From positions 2,731-66,730 of the forward strand of contig DF237455.1 in assembly GCA_000708835.1 (NCBI GenBank): a DNA stretch of 64,000 nt. The letters run 5' to 3'. The position numbers and the translations under genes were made by a program. This document shows, one piece after another, positions 35,701 to 47,173 of the stretch. The stretch's first letter is position 1. Each line of letters starts with the position of its first letter. The DNA is from Klebsormidium nitens. Its lineage: Eukaryota > Plantae > Klebsormidiophyceae. Under the pieces are notes generated by a model. The model was not told where the DNA came from. It was given only the letters and a program-made list of their open reading frames with translations, and did no database searches.

Positions 35701-38700
35701 GGAGGGGTCGGCGACTCCGGTCGGGGGGGCGGAGGTGCACATAGTTGGAAGCGGGCTGGCTAAGGTAAGGTTTCAGGGTTTCAGAGCGGGTTAATGACTA
35801 GGGTTACGGGGTTTCCGAGATCCCAAACCTACATTTCTTGAGAAAGCGCCGATTTGCCCGGTGGGGGCGGTGACACCGGTCGGGGGCGGGGAGGTGCACA
35901 TCGTCGGAAGCGGGCTGCTTAAGGCGAAATTTCGGCTTTTGGGTTACTGCCGTTTCAGAATTGACTGGATAAAGGTTTAAGCATGTATGGCAGCGAGCTG
36001 GCAAGAGAATTTTCTGGGCGCGTCGTCGACATTGACTAGCGGCGAGTAAGTGTGTGGATTGGTGAAGTGAATGCGGGTGAACGCAATCATGTGGGGTTGA
36101 ATGTAACGGGTTTTGGTTCTGAAACTTGACGGCGGGTGAGGACCGATTACGGTCTTTGCCACAAGCCCTGGCGCGGACCAACTTGCTCTTGTCAGTGGAA
36201 CGTACTTTGAATCAAGTTTGGGAATGTGCATGTCTTCGGGGGCGGTTTTGTGAAGATCAGATTCTGAAATTTAAGGAATCCGAGGCAGCGAACGACCTAG
36301 TGAAGGTGGGCGCGCTAGAACCCGAGGGTGCTGAGAAACGCGTGGCTTGATTTAAAAACGGAGCTATGTGACGTGAAATGACGCGGTTAGACCCAGTAAG
36401 CTTGAAAAGCATGTGACGTCTAATGCGCTTGGACATCTTCCCGTTTTTCAAGACCAGGATTGCTGCGTTTGAACGGCCTTGGCCTGACAAAGGCTCACAT
36501 TCACCCTTTTCTCTCGATGGAGTCCTTTTGACAAGGACTTCGCTAGGTCAGTTTACCGACTGCTTTTGTGGGATCACGTGACACGTTCGTTAAACGGTTT
36601 TGCCCCCCCTAGCGCTCGTTTCCACGTAGAAGCCTTCGTTGTCGCCGTATAAGTTCGCCTGCCTTGCGCTTTCTGATTGCGGTACCCATCCGCTCTACAG
36701 GTCTACACCGTCGATGACGTCAGCACCTCGCACGGGGAGCGCCACGTGTCCCACTTTGTGTTGGGCGCCGGCGCGATTTTGGGCCTGTACGAGGCCCTCG
36801 CCGGGAACCGCCGGAAACTGACCACCGCCGTCGCGGATTCCGTTTGTATGTGCTACGTTGTTGACGTGAGCGATTCCGCTGCTTGCTCCTTCGGGTCATT
36901 CCGTCCGTTCCGGTCTTTCCACCGTTCAGTGTCATCTTTGCAAAAGGAAAGTTGGCATAAGTAGGCGCCAGATTCCTTTATAACGGGGCATGCCTCAGCG
37001 CACTGAAACAAGCACACCTGTGTCTTAAGGATTGGACAGGTGTGACACGTGTCATCGTCTAAGTGGAGGTTTCGAGATCGACGATTAACACAATGCTTGC
37101 GCCTTGTGTTTCAATCAAGCGCAACTGTTCATCAAGCAGAGGTTCACATCAAAAGCTGAAGAGGGCGCGTCCTGTCTTGCGGATCGATAACAAGCACACT
37201 GAGCCGGATCCGTTCCGTTTTACGTACAGCGGAACCGGCTCGCCGAGATGGTTCGAACCGACGTATACGTGGCTGAGTTCCTGTGGAAGGTGAGCGCCCG
37301 GGAGATTGTCCCGGAGGCACATTCCCGCCTTAGGTTCCCGCTTCCGTGCACTGATTTCCTGCAGTGACTCCGTCTTCATTTGCCTCTTCCGCGTCGCTAA
37401 CGGAAAGCGGTATACGAGATTTCATCGACCATTTTTCCCAAGCATCAATCTGCCCCCAGTTGGAAGATCAGCTTCCGATTCGTTGGTTCAGTAATATCGA
37501 AATTCATGCTGGTTTACATCGATCGCGCAAGAGGTTAGCAACTCAAGTATTGTCGCATACGGACAGTGAACAGCCGTTCGTTTCGGATGGTCCAAACTCG
37601 ATAACTGACCAATGAAGCAGACAGTTTGCGCAGAGACACGTGATAGACGAACTCCGGTTTCACAGTTTCTCAAACCGCGACCCGGTTTAAGTACACGTTT
37701 TCAGTACGGGCAGGGAGGATTAAGTCCAGTGACAATATGAAAAAGGGGACTTTTCAGATGATTTTCTTATCTTGTTGTTTTTAAAGCGCCGGACTTTTCA
37801 GTCGGAAGCGTTCTTGAGAACGTTTGAAGACCGTCCTGAATCCGGGTCCTGATTTGTAGTGTTTCTCAAACGACTGCTCGTGTTTGGTAATGACACGGAA
37901 ATCCCTTCTTGCAGGAGAGCGCGGTTCTGCTCTGTCGATTGGTGTTGCCGCGAGCGCTCGCGCACCTGAGCCTCCAGGAGATCCGAAAGCTCATCATGGA
38001 GAAAGGGCGTCTCAAGGTGATACTGTTAACCCACTTACCGTCCATAATGCGAAGCTATATACTAATGGAGAGGGGACTGATTCCCAAGCTTGAAGCATTT
38101 CGTGGCCCGCGGCTGCAACATGTTCAAGGCCCACATGTCATGCTTTGCACGGTCACTTCAAAAACCGAGGATCGAGGCTTGCAAAAACCTAGTATAGTCC
38201 GACTTGCTCACCCTGGCGAAATCTAGGTACTTGACCTTGCTGGGCGTGTGTTTCATTCAGGAGCAACTGGCTATCTATAGTTCAGCTGATGCGCTGTATG
38301 AGTTTCATTAGCTACCATTCAGTTAGTTACGGGTCGTCTTCTTCACGATCATCTACTAGACCAAGGGTCTTACTCCAGATTAAGAAGTGATCTACATTCT
38401 CAACCGAGAATTGACGTGCTCGGCAACCGTACCCACTCTTGGCTCGCAACTGATAGTATCCGTCTGCCGGGAGATGCGGTTAGAACCCATGATCGGAGTA
38501 TCTAGGATTTTGATTGCTTTTTCGAACCCCCCACCTTGGATCTCACCCCCGTTATCTAGCTCAGATTAAGCTGGCGGATCAAGGTAACCGCGACTGTTGA
38601 TTGAGAGATCGCGTATCAAAGTGGGGCGTCAGAAGTGCAAACAGACTCTTCCAAAATGATAAGACCAGTTCTGCCAATTCAAATAGCCCTTCTCATGAGA

Positions 38701-40542
38701 TCGAGAGGGCATTGCGGGTAGCCACCAACAAAATGCCCCGTAGTTGCCTCGCAAGAACGACTTCACAGTTAAGGGAAAGCGCGCTGATGCACGCACTCCT
38801 GAAGAAAGTGAGCTTAGGCCGTGCTAACTAAAACGAGCCGTCCCTAAAGGAATGCAAGTCGTCGGCAAGCTTGGGATTGGACTGGGTTTCAAACCAGAGC
38901 TTCAGGACACATGTGTTGCTTAACAATAGATTCCTAGATTCAACCCGACTGCATATCATACGCCCCGGGGAATCACGCTGGCATCCTTTCCATTTCAACA
39001 GCTTGTATCCATACTCTCGTCACCCACCTACCTCGTCCCCCAAATCCTTCGCGGAATGTTCAGAGCATCAAATGTTACATCGTCATATCACAGCTTTCAT
39101 CCCGAGCTCGTTCGCCTCAGAAGCAGATAATTCCGGCTGCTTTCCCCGCTCTACCAACGTGAAAGTGTGTTTGTCTGACTTGCGAACTTTTTCTCTGCAG
39201 CACTTCGATCCGGAGGAGGTCGTGCAAATCCGATACGACGAGGTTCTCGTGTTGCTCGAGGGTACGCTGCGGAATGCTGGAGGCCGGTCGCTGATCGCTC
39301 CTATGGGGCTAGATCCCGACATATCCTCGCTGTTCTCAGGTAATTTGGTCTGCTTTCGTCGCGTAAATTTGTGTTTTTGGGAAAACAATCTTCGCCGGGT
39401 CTGATGGTGGACACATCTGGGCGAGCGCGGCTGGATCTTTGGCAAGTCTTGCCTTCGTTGCTTATAAAAAGTCTAGTTTGAAGTTCCATGATTCACAAAC
39501 CGTACCCCGAGAACCTTTCGTTCTGCTGTAGCCTCATAGAAATTCGTCTTCTTGTGACCTCCATCAAGTTATAATCGTTGAGCAAGATTACAGGATTCGT
39601 TGAATGCTTCGGCTTATATCCGCTCCCGTTCCTTGGGAGCCACCCAAACTCAGTCCGTTATTCTTCCCATCCGAGATACTTCGGATTCTCAACAATAAAG
39701 CGGTCGTGAAGAACCAATTCCTTGATAAGGTAGCCTCACAGCCCATTTTCCATTTCGTTGGTTGCTTTTCATAGGATCCCGTTTTGATGTCAGAGCAACA
39801 ACCCCCGATCCAGAGAGACACAGGCAAAACCAACAAACCGAACGTGCTTCTCCGCCTGTCTGGTACAGTTTCCGTTTCTTCAGGTGCCTTCTAAAGCACA
39901 TTTCAAAGGCACTATTCTTTTCTGAGACCGTCACCTAACTTTTTCACAGGGGCTTTGGATACCGTTCGCCTGAAGGCGGAGCTGCAGTACGTCGCCGAGA
40001 CCCCTTCGCGCGTGCTCTTCATCCCGGTTGGGACCGACCGGGGCGGTACCAACCGGTCACATGAGCAGCTTCCGGCGACAGCAAAGGGCGACCTCGGCAG
40101 CCGCCGGTCCTTCAGCGACAACCAGCTGCTGGCGGCGCCCGGTGACGATAAGCGGGCGGGTTTGCTGGATAAGCACCGGCCGACGAGGCATAAGAGCTCG
40201 ATCGAGCTGCCCATGCTCCCGGCTGACACGTGGCAGGGGCCCGAGGGCGCGAAGGCCGCTGACGTCATGCCGAAAGTGAAGGTGTCTCCGGCCTCCGAGG
40301 TCAAGCGAGCGGAGGAGTCTGGAGTGTTCCTTCCCCGGTCGCACAGTCGGGAGCAAGTGCGACCGTTGGCGGGTTTGGGTGTGAATATGCCCCTGATGAG
40401 AATGAGCTCCAGGGCGAGATTGTTGGGGGAGCGCAGGGGGGGTGTTGACGAGAGCAAGGATGAGTTTGACGATCTGGAGGCGAACGTTGTAGAAGGCGGG
40501 GAAGACCTATTTAATGACGTAGGGCAGCATAAAAAGACGTAA
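23727..40542 (+). CDS. SOS1: Plasma-membrane Na+/H+ antiporter SOS1/NHX7 (23 exons; apparent +1 frameshift at the end of exon 18)
   Basis: Exons about 23727-23895, 24557-24607, 25089-25180, 25732-25809, 26362-26519, 27038-27139, 27665-27782, 28236-28288, 28731-28841, 29413-29581, 30405-30470, 30825-30893, 31262-31369, 31724-31857, 32915-33024, 33618-33903, 34256-34427, 35287-35599, 36701-36865, 37230-37289, 37915-38016, 39201-39339 and 39950-40542. Motifs: VPYTVALL, FLPALLFES, LSATDPVAVVALLKELGASKKLNTIIEGESLMNDG, FWEMVGYMANTLIFIL, GLRGAVAL, LTLVVNGSTT and cyclic-nucleotide-binding-like ILGLYEAL. Confidence 0.95.
26100..26400 (+). repeat. Two degenerate upstream copies (~120-bp period) of the acceptor and 5' end of SOS1 exon 5
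   Basis: GCAG|TAGATTTTTCCCTACTCGTGG near 26120, GCAG|TACGCTTTTCCCCTACTCGTGGAGCTGGAGCC near 26234, and the true GCAG|TACGCGTTTCCCTACTCGTGGAGCTGGAGCC at 26358. Confidence 0.9.
28835..28965 (+). repeat. ~65-bp tandem duplication spanning the SOS1 exon 9 donor
   Basis: TTCTGGC|GTAGGTCGCGC at 28835 and 28900; AACA(T/C)CGCTTTTCCGGTTCTTCTTGG at 28874 and 28940. Confidence 0.88.
29667..29869. mobile_element. MITE-like element (~203 bp) with ~70-bp terminal inverted repeats in SOS1 intron 10
   Basis: Left arm AGCGGGGTCAAGGAGGATCAGTATATTTTGGGACCGGGGTTGGGGAC matches the reverse complement of the right arm (AGCGGGGTCAAGGGGAATCAGTAGTTTTGGGACCGGGGTTGGGGAC). It is flanked by direct repeat CAG/CAG, or AGTCA/AGTCA if the ends are taken as 29666/29870. 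Confidence 0.8.
31805..32760 (+). repeat. Array of 4-5 degenerate copies of the 3' end of SOS1 exon 14 and the adjacent intron start
   Basis: CTGGGCCCCGCGCACTGGCCGTCCGTCCAAAAG-like units near 31808, 31985, 32140, 32352 and 32688; the intronic AACAGGGCCTC motif recurs near 31882, 32262 and 32749. Confidence 0.88.
32178..32235 (+). repeat. Degenerate telomere-like heptamer tract (TTTAGGG/TTCAGGG/TTGAGGG variants)
   Basis: CTCAGGGTTTTGGGGTTTCAGGGGTTTAGGGTTCTAGGGTTTTGAGGTTTGAGGGTTT, joined directly to an exon-14 echo. Confidence 0.75.
34841..35286 (+). repeat. Three degenerate upstream copies of the acceptor and 5' end of SOS1 exon 18, interleaved with CCCTAA-type motifs
   Basis: CCAG|CTCCAATCC.ACAT..-like units near 34841, 34971 and 35155 versus the true exon start 35287; CCCTAA(A/G), CCCTGAA and CCCCAAA motifs lie between them. 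Confidence 0.88.
35510..35925 (+). repeat. Triplicated 3' end of SOS1 exon 18
   Basis: GCGCCGAT..CCGGTCGGGGG..GTGCACAT.GT.GGAA(A)GCGGGCTG..TAAG at 35521-35599, about 35687-35764 and about 35846-35923. Confidence 0.92.
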
Positions 40543-41836
40543 CCTATACGGTTATTTAACCAGGGCCTCTGGAGCATACATATGGTGAGCGTCCACAGAA
40601 ATCTCAAGATCGACAATTGCTGAAAGAGGTTCGTACTTAAGTGGTCGTATGCACGACATGAAGAACCTCTTTAGAAAGGTGACGTGAGAAGGGAGCGTAC
40701 GTACATGTTTTTAGGAGAGTCGAGGTTGAGGAGAACATGGTCAAATTTGAAATTTTGACGCCTTTATTGACGGTCAAATTGTAACCCATGCCTGTTACGG
40801 CGAGGTGTCTAAGCTTTTCCATTGTTGGTCGTCTTCGGTCAAAGCGTTCGAAGCGTTCAGCATCCGCACAAGAGTAGAAAGCATCCAGCCCAGTGGCAGC
40901 AAGGTTGTTCGCATCTGCACCGTCCCTTTGCTTGATTGAAATCGCGAGCTGACCCAGATGTTTGTACAAGTGACCGTCATGTTTCTCTGCAAACATCCAT
41001 CGATCATTGCACGACCGCGTCTGATTAACTGAGTGAGCTAGGGGGCCGCACAGAATGGACAGATGCCGAGCTGTGCAATTAAGGGCGACAGTGAGCTGTT
41101 TTCATTAGTTCGCCGTGCCTTGTTTTTACATATAAACATGATTGGCTGCAATGATTCCACATGGCGACCTGCATGTGGCAAGTCGGAGATCGAGCATCCA
41201 GAAATTACGATATTCAATCAATCATTGTCGATCAGGAGCTGTACTAATGCGCAAGCAGAAGGCGCGCGGCTCAAACAGCGCGTAGTAAACACCAAAAGGC
41301 AATCGAATTGCAAAGGATTGAAGCATAACCCTGCCTGACCAGGCGCGCCGGGCCGCATCACATCCGCGTCAGTGCTGTAGATGTTTGATTGGAGGCAGCT
41401 AGTCCTGGAAGGTACTTGCATCCCATTGCCCGTTCATGGGACACGGGTCCAGGGGAAATGCCATTGACTCATCCAGATCCTATGCGTACGTATGCGATGC
41501 GAAATGCTTTCCAGAGTTGATTGGATTATCACGTGTAAGTTACTTTTGCATCTGTCTGCACAGACGGATGCGGTGCCCAACGTCTCGACTCCTTGCACTA
41601 CGTAAACCGACAATGATCGTCAAGGTTCTTGTGATAGATTAGTCATGGTCTTCACACCAACTATGATTTGGACCCGCCTGCTGCATGCATTCGAACCCAC
41701 GACGACCTGTCAAACCGTTCCTTAGTATCTACAAGTAGGATCCACTAAGCGAAGCTGTACAATGATTGGGTAGTGCTGGCTAGCAGAACCGATTAATTGA
41801 TCAACGAATGCTACAAATGTTCGATTGTGGGAAAGG

Positions 41837-44800
41837 CTATCGGTTTGCGCCTTGCAGGTTGGCTCCATTTAAGGTCGCGCCGCCTAGACGCTGCACATAG
41901 CAAGCAAGAATGTCAACGTTGTGTACCCACCAATTGCATATCCAAACTGGTGTTGAAAGAATCTCAACTCAAAGAGGCTTTACCATGTTTGCTGTAAAAT
42001 GCTGTAAGCTGGGCTACTGGCCACGACAACTAATGTAGCATTACTGAAGATGATGTTTGGAGCCAACAAGTGGACTACGTCTCTCCTTTTTCGCCAGACG
42101 GAAGATGGATTTCGCAGACCGATCCAAATTTGGATCCGAACACCTCTTTACAGCCTCTCTTCAATGCTCCAAAAAAGGAGTTTATCTGGCAACCCAAGAG
42201 CTCTGCAAGCGCGTGCTAGAATCAGTCTGCCTCCAAGTCCTTGACGTGCCACTCCTGTAAGCGAACCTGCTGTGCGTTTGCAGGCACTCCAAGTTGACCC
42301 TGTGCTCTTTGAAAGAGGAAAAATACTGCACTTTCCTCAAAATCAGCAGATTGATACGACGCTTGAATGAGTTCTGTGATAAGAACGCTTACTGTCTCTC
42401 GCAGATCCACGTCCCGCAGATACGCCCTGGTCAGGTTCGCGCCCGTCAGATTCGCGTTTGCAAGAATGGCCCCCTGGACAACGGCCCACATTTTGTTCAG
42501 TCTAACCAGCGGAATCAAGCATTTTACCGATAATCCATTCTCACCCTAGAACCGAGCGGTAACAGTCCAGCTCTTGCAAATAGCTGCTTGGCTTTTGGAT
42601 ACTTCGCTGCCCCGTCGCTTGCCGGGAGATAGGTCTTGGAAACACAAGATATGAAGCGTACTTCCCCAGAAACTCCAAATTACGAGTGCTTCCAGAGCAT
42701 CAAAGGGGAAGTGGGAACGTGGGCACGAATCTAAATGAGTGCCCGACCTGCACAACTGGTGGCGGAAAACGCCTACCACCGAGTTTGATCGATTTGATCG
42801 GCTTCTGCTGGGTAGATGATAGCAGACTGATCGAGAGTGAAGGGCTTGAAGAGGACAAATGAAACAAAGACGAGAAAAAGGAAACCCGAACAGATCGGCT
42901 TGACGAGAACCACAGATTAGGGATCCTATCTCCAGCCTCCTTTTCCCTGCCACTACATTGCCTCAATCTTTTCTTGAGGTCTTTGTATGCCCTCCAAGCC
43001 TCTGCTCTCACCTTCAGGTTCGCATTCTCCAGGTTTGCCTTTTCCAGGTTAGCGTTGGTTAGATCAGCGTTTTGCATGTGGGCGCTCCGCAGGTCCGCTC
43101 CGAACAGGCTCGCCCCCACCAGCGTGGCATCTGGAACGGAACAGGAACGGTAAGACCCGACGTCAGGTCGTCGAATGAGCTGTGGACGGCTCCATAACCC
43201 CTTATCGTTGCGGCTCGACTCCAAATACCGATTTCAAGGTAGAACGGCTTGCTCAGATAACCGAAAGCCTCGAAAGCTCATCGAGCCAGAGAATTCAGCA
43301 CAAAAGTTGCTGGCCCGCTTTGGACAGGAATACGGGTACCGCGTTCGACTGAGATATCGAAAAAGCCGTCATGTCGTTAGGTGCACAACCTTCCTTAACT
43401 CAAATCCTTGTTAACGTCCTGCAGAGCGAAAACCTCGTCACGAACGACAATAGGCAAGTCCTTCAGCTAGGCTTTGCATGCGTCGTGCTGACGTCAGCTC
43501 ACCCATGCGCTTACGAGCGCCTTTTGTGGATGGTGCTGCTCTGCGATATAACAAGTTCGAGCGTCCATCTCGAGTAACGAGAACTTCCCACGACGGTCGA
43601 GCCAATCGTTTTGACATTTCAAGGCAAGAGCACGGCTCACTCGAAATGGACGTACTAAGACGAGGACCTGGAAAGGATTACGAATTGTGCTTCATGCCGA
43701 CGTCAGCTCACCTTGCAGGTTGGCACTCTGCAGCGTCGCTTCCACCAGCAGAGCGCCCTTGAGGTTCGCGCCTGCGAAGTCGCACTCCTTCAGGCAGGCG
43801 TTGGTGAAATTGGAGTTCTCCGCGTGTGATTCCTGCGGAAAACGGCGAGGGTGGGGAGCTGTTAGCTGCGCCATGGAGGCAAGACGACATGGAGGAAAAA
43901 CGACAGTGGTTGACAAGTAAGACGAGTCGCTGCTTTTGGACAGTGACTGCTGCGGTTATCGGTAGCTGGCCACGTCACAAATGTGAAGCTGCACTCATCA
44001 CAGAACGTTAGCCGTTTGCCTAGGCAGTTGACAGCATAGGACTATACGGTTTTGGGTTTTGATATTGGGCAATCGTCTCTATCGCACATCAGAGTGCTTT
44101 CGAGCGCATCAACGGAAGTACAAGCGAAAGGAAATGAGAAATGAAAGCGGGACAACCCCAAACAGTGTAACTTTGAAGCGTGCGAAACTACAAGAAGCAC
44201 GTCTTTCAACAGCGTCTAAAACTATGACAGACCGCCAGCTCGTACAGGTCCAAGGATTGGCTCGTTGCATATAAGTTCGAAACCATATACATCTTGAAAC
44301 AGGAAGCCTAAAAGAGGCGATTCTTTTGACAGTGTATGGAGAGGCACCGTCGCGTAGCACAAGCGAGCAATGTTTTGACAAGAATGTGCTGCCGGGAATG
44401 GCGATTGGAGTTTGACAACGGAATGACGTACCATGAACCCCGTTAAGGCAGACACTCACCCTAAATATAGCTAGATGAAGGTTGGCTCGCGAAAAGAATG
44501 TGCGGGTAATGTTAGCGTAGCTGAAGTCCACTCCAGCGAGATCCTGCGAGGGAGAGGTTGACCAATCATGGGTCACGCAACACAAGAAAGCAGCGGAAGC
44601 CGACTTGTACCAAAACCCAGTAGGTCAAGAAGTCCTTCGTCTGGCAGACCGCTCAGCAAGCTCAGCTGTGGAACGGCCAGACGTGTCTGCTCGTTGCGTA
44701 ATTTCCGGGCAAGCGTTTGTAATTCCTTGCTTAATTCAGACCGATAATGTCAGCCGATCTGGATCATTGCGGAAGGGAAGCGATATCCTGATATCCTGCA

Positions 44801-47173
44801 ACTCTGAAGCCCTGTGGAAGCTTTACCAGTTTAGACAGGTCCTGGCCGCTGAGATTGACGCCCCTCAACCGGACCCGGGACTGTTGCAAACACATGATGA
44901 CCTGCAATCACGAACAGGCTCTTCAAGATTGAATGGCCAAAGCTTGCGACACAATCACCACAAAAAAGCTTCGAAACCTTGCCAAAAGAGCTATCATGGA
45001 GCAGACGATCTTCGAAAATTAGCTTATAACCTTTTCGCACTATATATCCTGCAGCACAGCTTCTCAATCAACGCTTCAACCTTGCCAACAAATGGCTGCG
45101 GAGCAGACGACTTCCGCAACGAGCTCGCGCAGAATTAGTGCAGGCAGCCATCTGCTTTGACCAACAAGACTGTTCTCAAAGACTCTGATTCTCACAAGCA
45201 ACCATCTTGCTGTGCTCCAGTCGCACCAATGACAACGGGGGTTGCATAAACGACAACAACCTCACAAAAGGTAAAAAGAAAGCCACACAGCGCCACCCCT
45301 TCGACTTGCACTGTCCCTCCTCCTTCAAAAGTCTTACAGGATATTGACTACCAGAATTTTTTGCTCAGCAAAGCGAGTTTCAGACCAATGGTTGATTGAG
45401 GAATTTGAATTGCATGCGTACCTCCTTCCGTGTTAGTTCAGGCTCGTCCTCGTCGGCCTTGCTTGTCATATGAGCATGCGCCAATGCGAGAGCGTCAATG
45501 AGACCCTGCAGGGAAACCAGGCACAAACTTAGCTCTGCAACAAATCCCAAGCAGACCAGGATCTTGCTCTTAAAGTTCGTCAACATACTAATGGACATGT
45601 CTTTCTCAACCTTCAGATCGCATGTCTTTCCCAATCCTTTAAGCAAGCTGATCAAGACGGGGACTAGACAAAGCAGGTTCTTTATGTTTCATGAACTGAG
45701 CTACAGGATTCTGTTCTCACTCATATCGCGGGGTTGCATTTCAATTGCAAAATGTCTTGTGAGATGAATAAAAGAACTTGGCCTGAGACCCTCCTCTCCC
45801 CAAAATTTATTTCAAGGCTTGAGAAACTTACTCTCAACTGGAAGTACTCTGCCTCTCGCAGGAGCTCGTAACTTTCCGCATGGTCTAACATTGGGACCGC
45901 CCCATCTCTGAGCCAGTTCAGGATGTGCCTGTGGAGAAAGAGATAATCTGCATAAGCAGGCAGAATGAGTTTCAGAATAGTGCGCAGGGTACCAGGAGAT
46001 GTACAGAAGAAAGACAGCGAAGCGGGGGTTTTCTCATGCAAAGGGTACCATAATCACATCTGCTTTCATGACCTGTGAAAGGGTCTAGACGTTGCTCTCA
46101 AAGGCAGGCACCTCGGTGGGCGTTCACCTGCTCTTTGACCGGGAGTAACAATAATGTCCTCCAAACGGAGATGTGTGAGTATTCAAGCGAAGGGGCAATG
46201 CTGACTGTAAGGGGCAGACTCACCGAAAGTGTGTGCCGTCCCTGTCAATGAAGACTGTGCCCTGCATTTAGCAGCAGTAGTGCATCAGGTACTGAACCTT
46301 CTGCCGCTACTTTCCAGGAACCAGGGATCAAGGCTGTCCGCACACATTGTTCAAAAACCTTGTCCTGCTCCGAAGTACCATGTTCCTGTTTGAATACATC
46401 AGTTCAGACAGGAAAGCAGTGTGTATGCTTCAATGAACCCAAGATGTTATTATCACACTTTTTATTCGCCTTTAGTTTTCTTGCTGTTTTAAAGCAGCTC
46501 AATCTCAATACATGCCTCAAATGGCATGCGCTCAGGTTTGAGCAACTTGCCTTCTCCTCCAGCTTTAGTTTGTGCCGGCCACTGAACATCGCTCCCAGCA
46601 TGGAATCGCTGTCCCGTTGAGTGAGCGTCGAGATTGTTGTGGAGAACCGCTTGCCTCCTGGCACCGGGGGAAGGGAGATTAGGAACACAGGGAGAGGATA
46701 AAATAGAAACATAAGATAATCAGGATGTTTGATACCAAGGAGTAGAAAAAGTGCCTCATCTGCAAAACTTGACGCGATGGAGAAAGTCAAGTATGTATAT
46801 GTGCTTTAAAAACCTCCGCACACAAAGTCCCTGAGATATGCACGCTGTGGCCTGCCTGTTCCACAGAAAAGCCCTTGCAACATTGTAGGCTCAAGAAAGT
46901 GGTCCCTCCTTCTCAGATGTGCACTGCTGAAGGCAGACTGGCTGCTGGCTGTGATGTAGGAAAAGTACTCTCACATTGATCCCTCCTACTCAGGATTGCT
47001 CAACTGAAGGCAGACTGGCTGCTGGCTTTGAGACTAGAAACAGCTTCCTACACAAGTACATGCTCTCTTATGAGGCAAACACTTCCACAATGCAGAGGAC
47101 CCCAAAGCTCACCAACGTTCAGATGCACCGTTTGTGGCATGGCAGACGTGGTCACATCGTCCTCACATGCCAT
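41837..47173 (-). CDS. FIP2: BTB/POZ plus pentapeptide-repeat protein, FIP2/KCTD9-like
   Basis: Exons about 47173-47113, 46657-46551 (GC donor), 46261-46224, 45928-45832, 45505-45422, 44901-44827, 44543-44460, 43832-43712, 43130-43012, 42473-42393 and 41890-41837. They give VHLNVGGKRFSTTISTLTQRDSDSMLGAMFSGRH..VFIDRDGTHFRHILNWLRDG (BTB) and many A(N/D)LxG pentapeptides ending GANLQGANR*. An extra upstream exon from the ATG at 47582 is possible. Confidence 0.9.
46927..47027. repeat. Perfect 24-bp direct repeat in FIP2 intron 1
   Basis: CTGAAGGCAGACTGGCTGCTGGCT at 46927-46950 and 47004-47027. Confidence 0.9.

Noticed and set aside
12084-40542. F2KP next to SOS1 as a stress-response gene cluster
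   Set aside because: Adjacency alone is not evidence; no shared regulatory signal or conservation can be shown from this window.
39912-40616. 234-aa minus-strand ORF
   Set aside because: Antisense shadow of the GC-rich SOS1 last exon.
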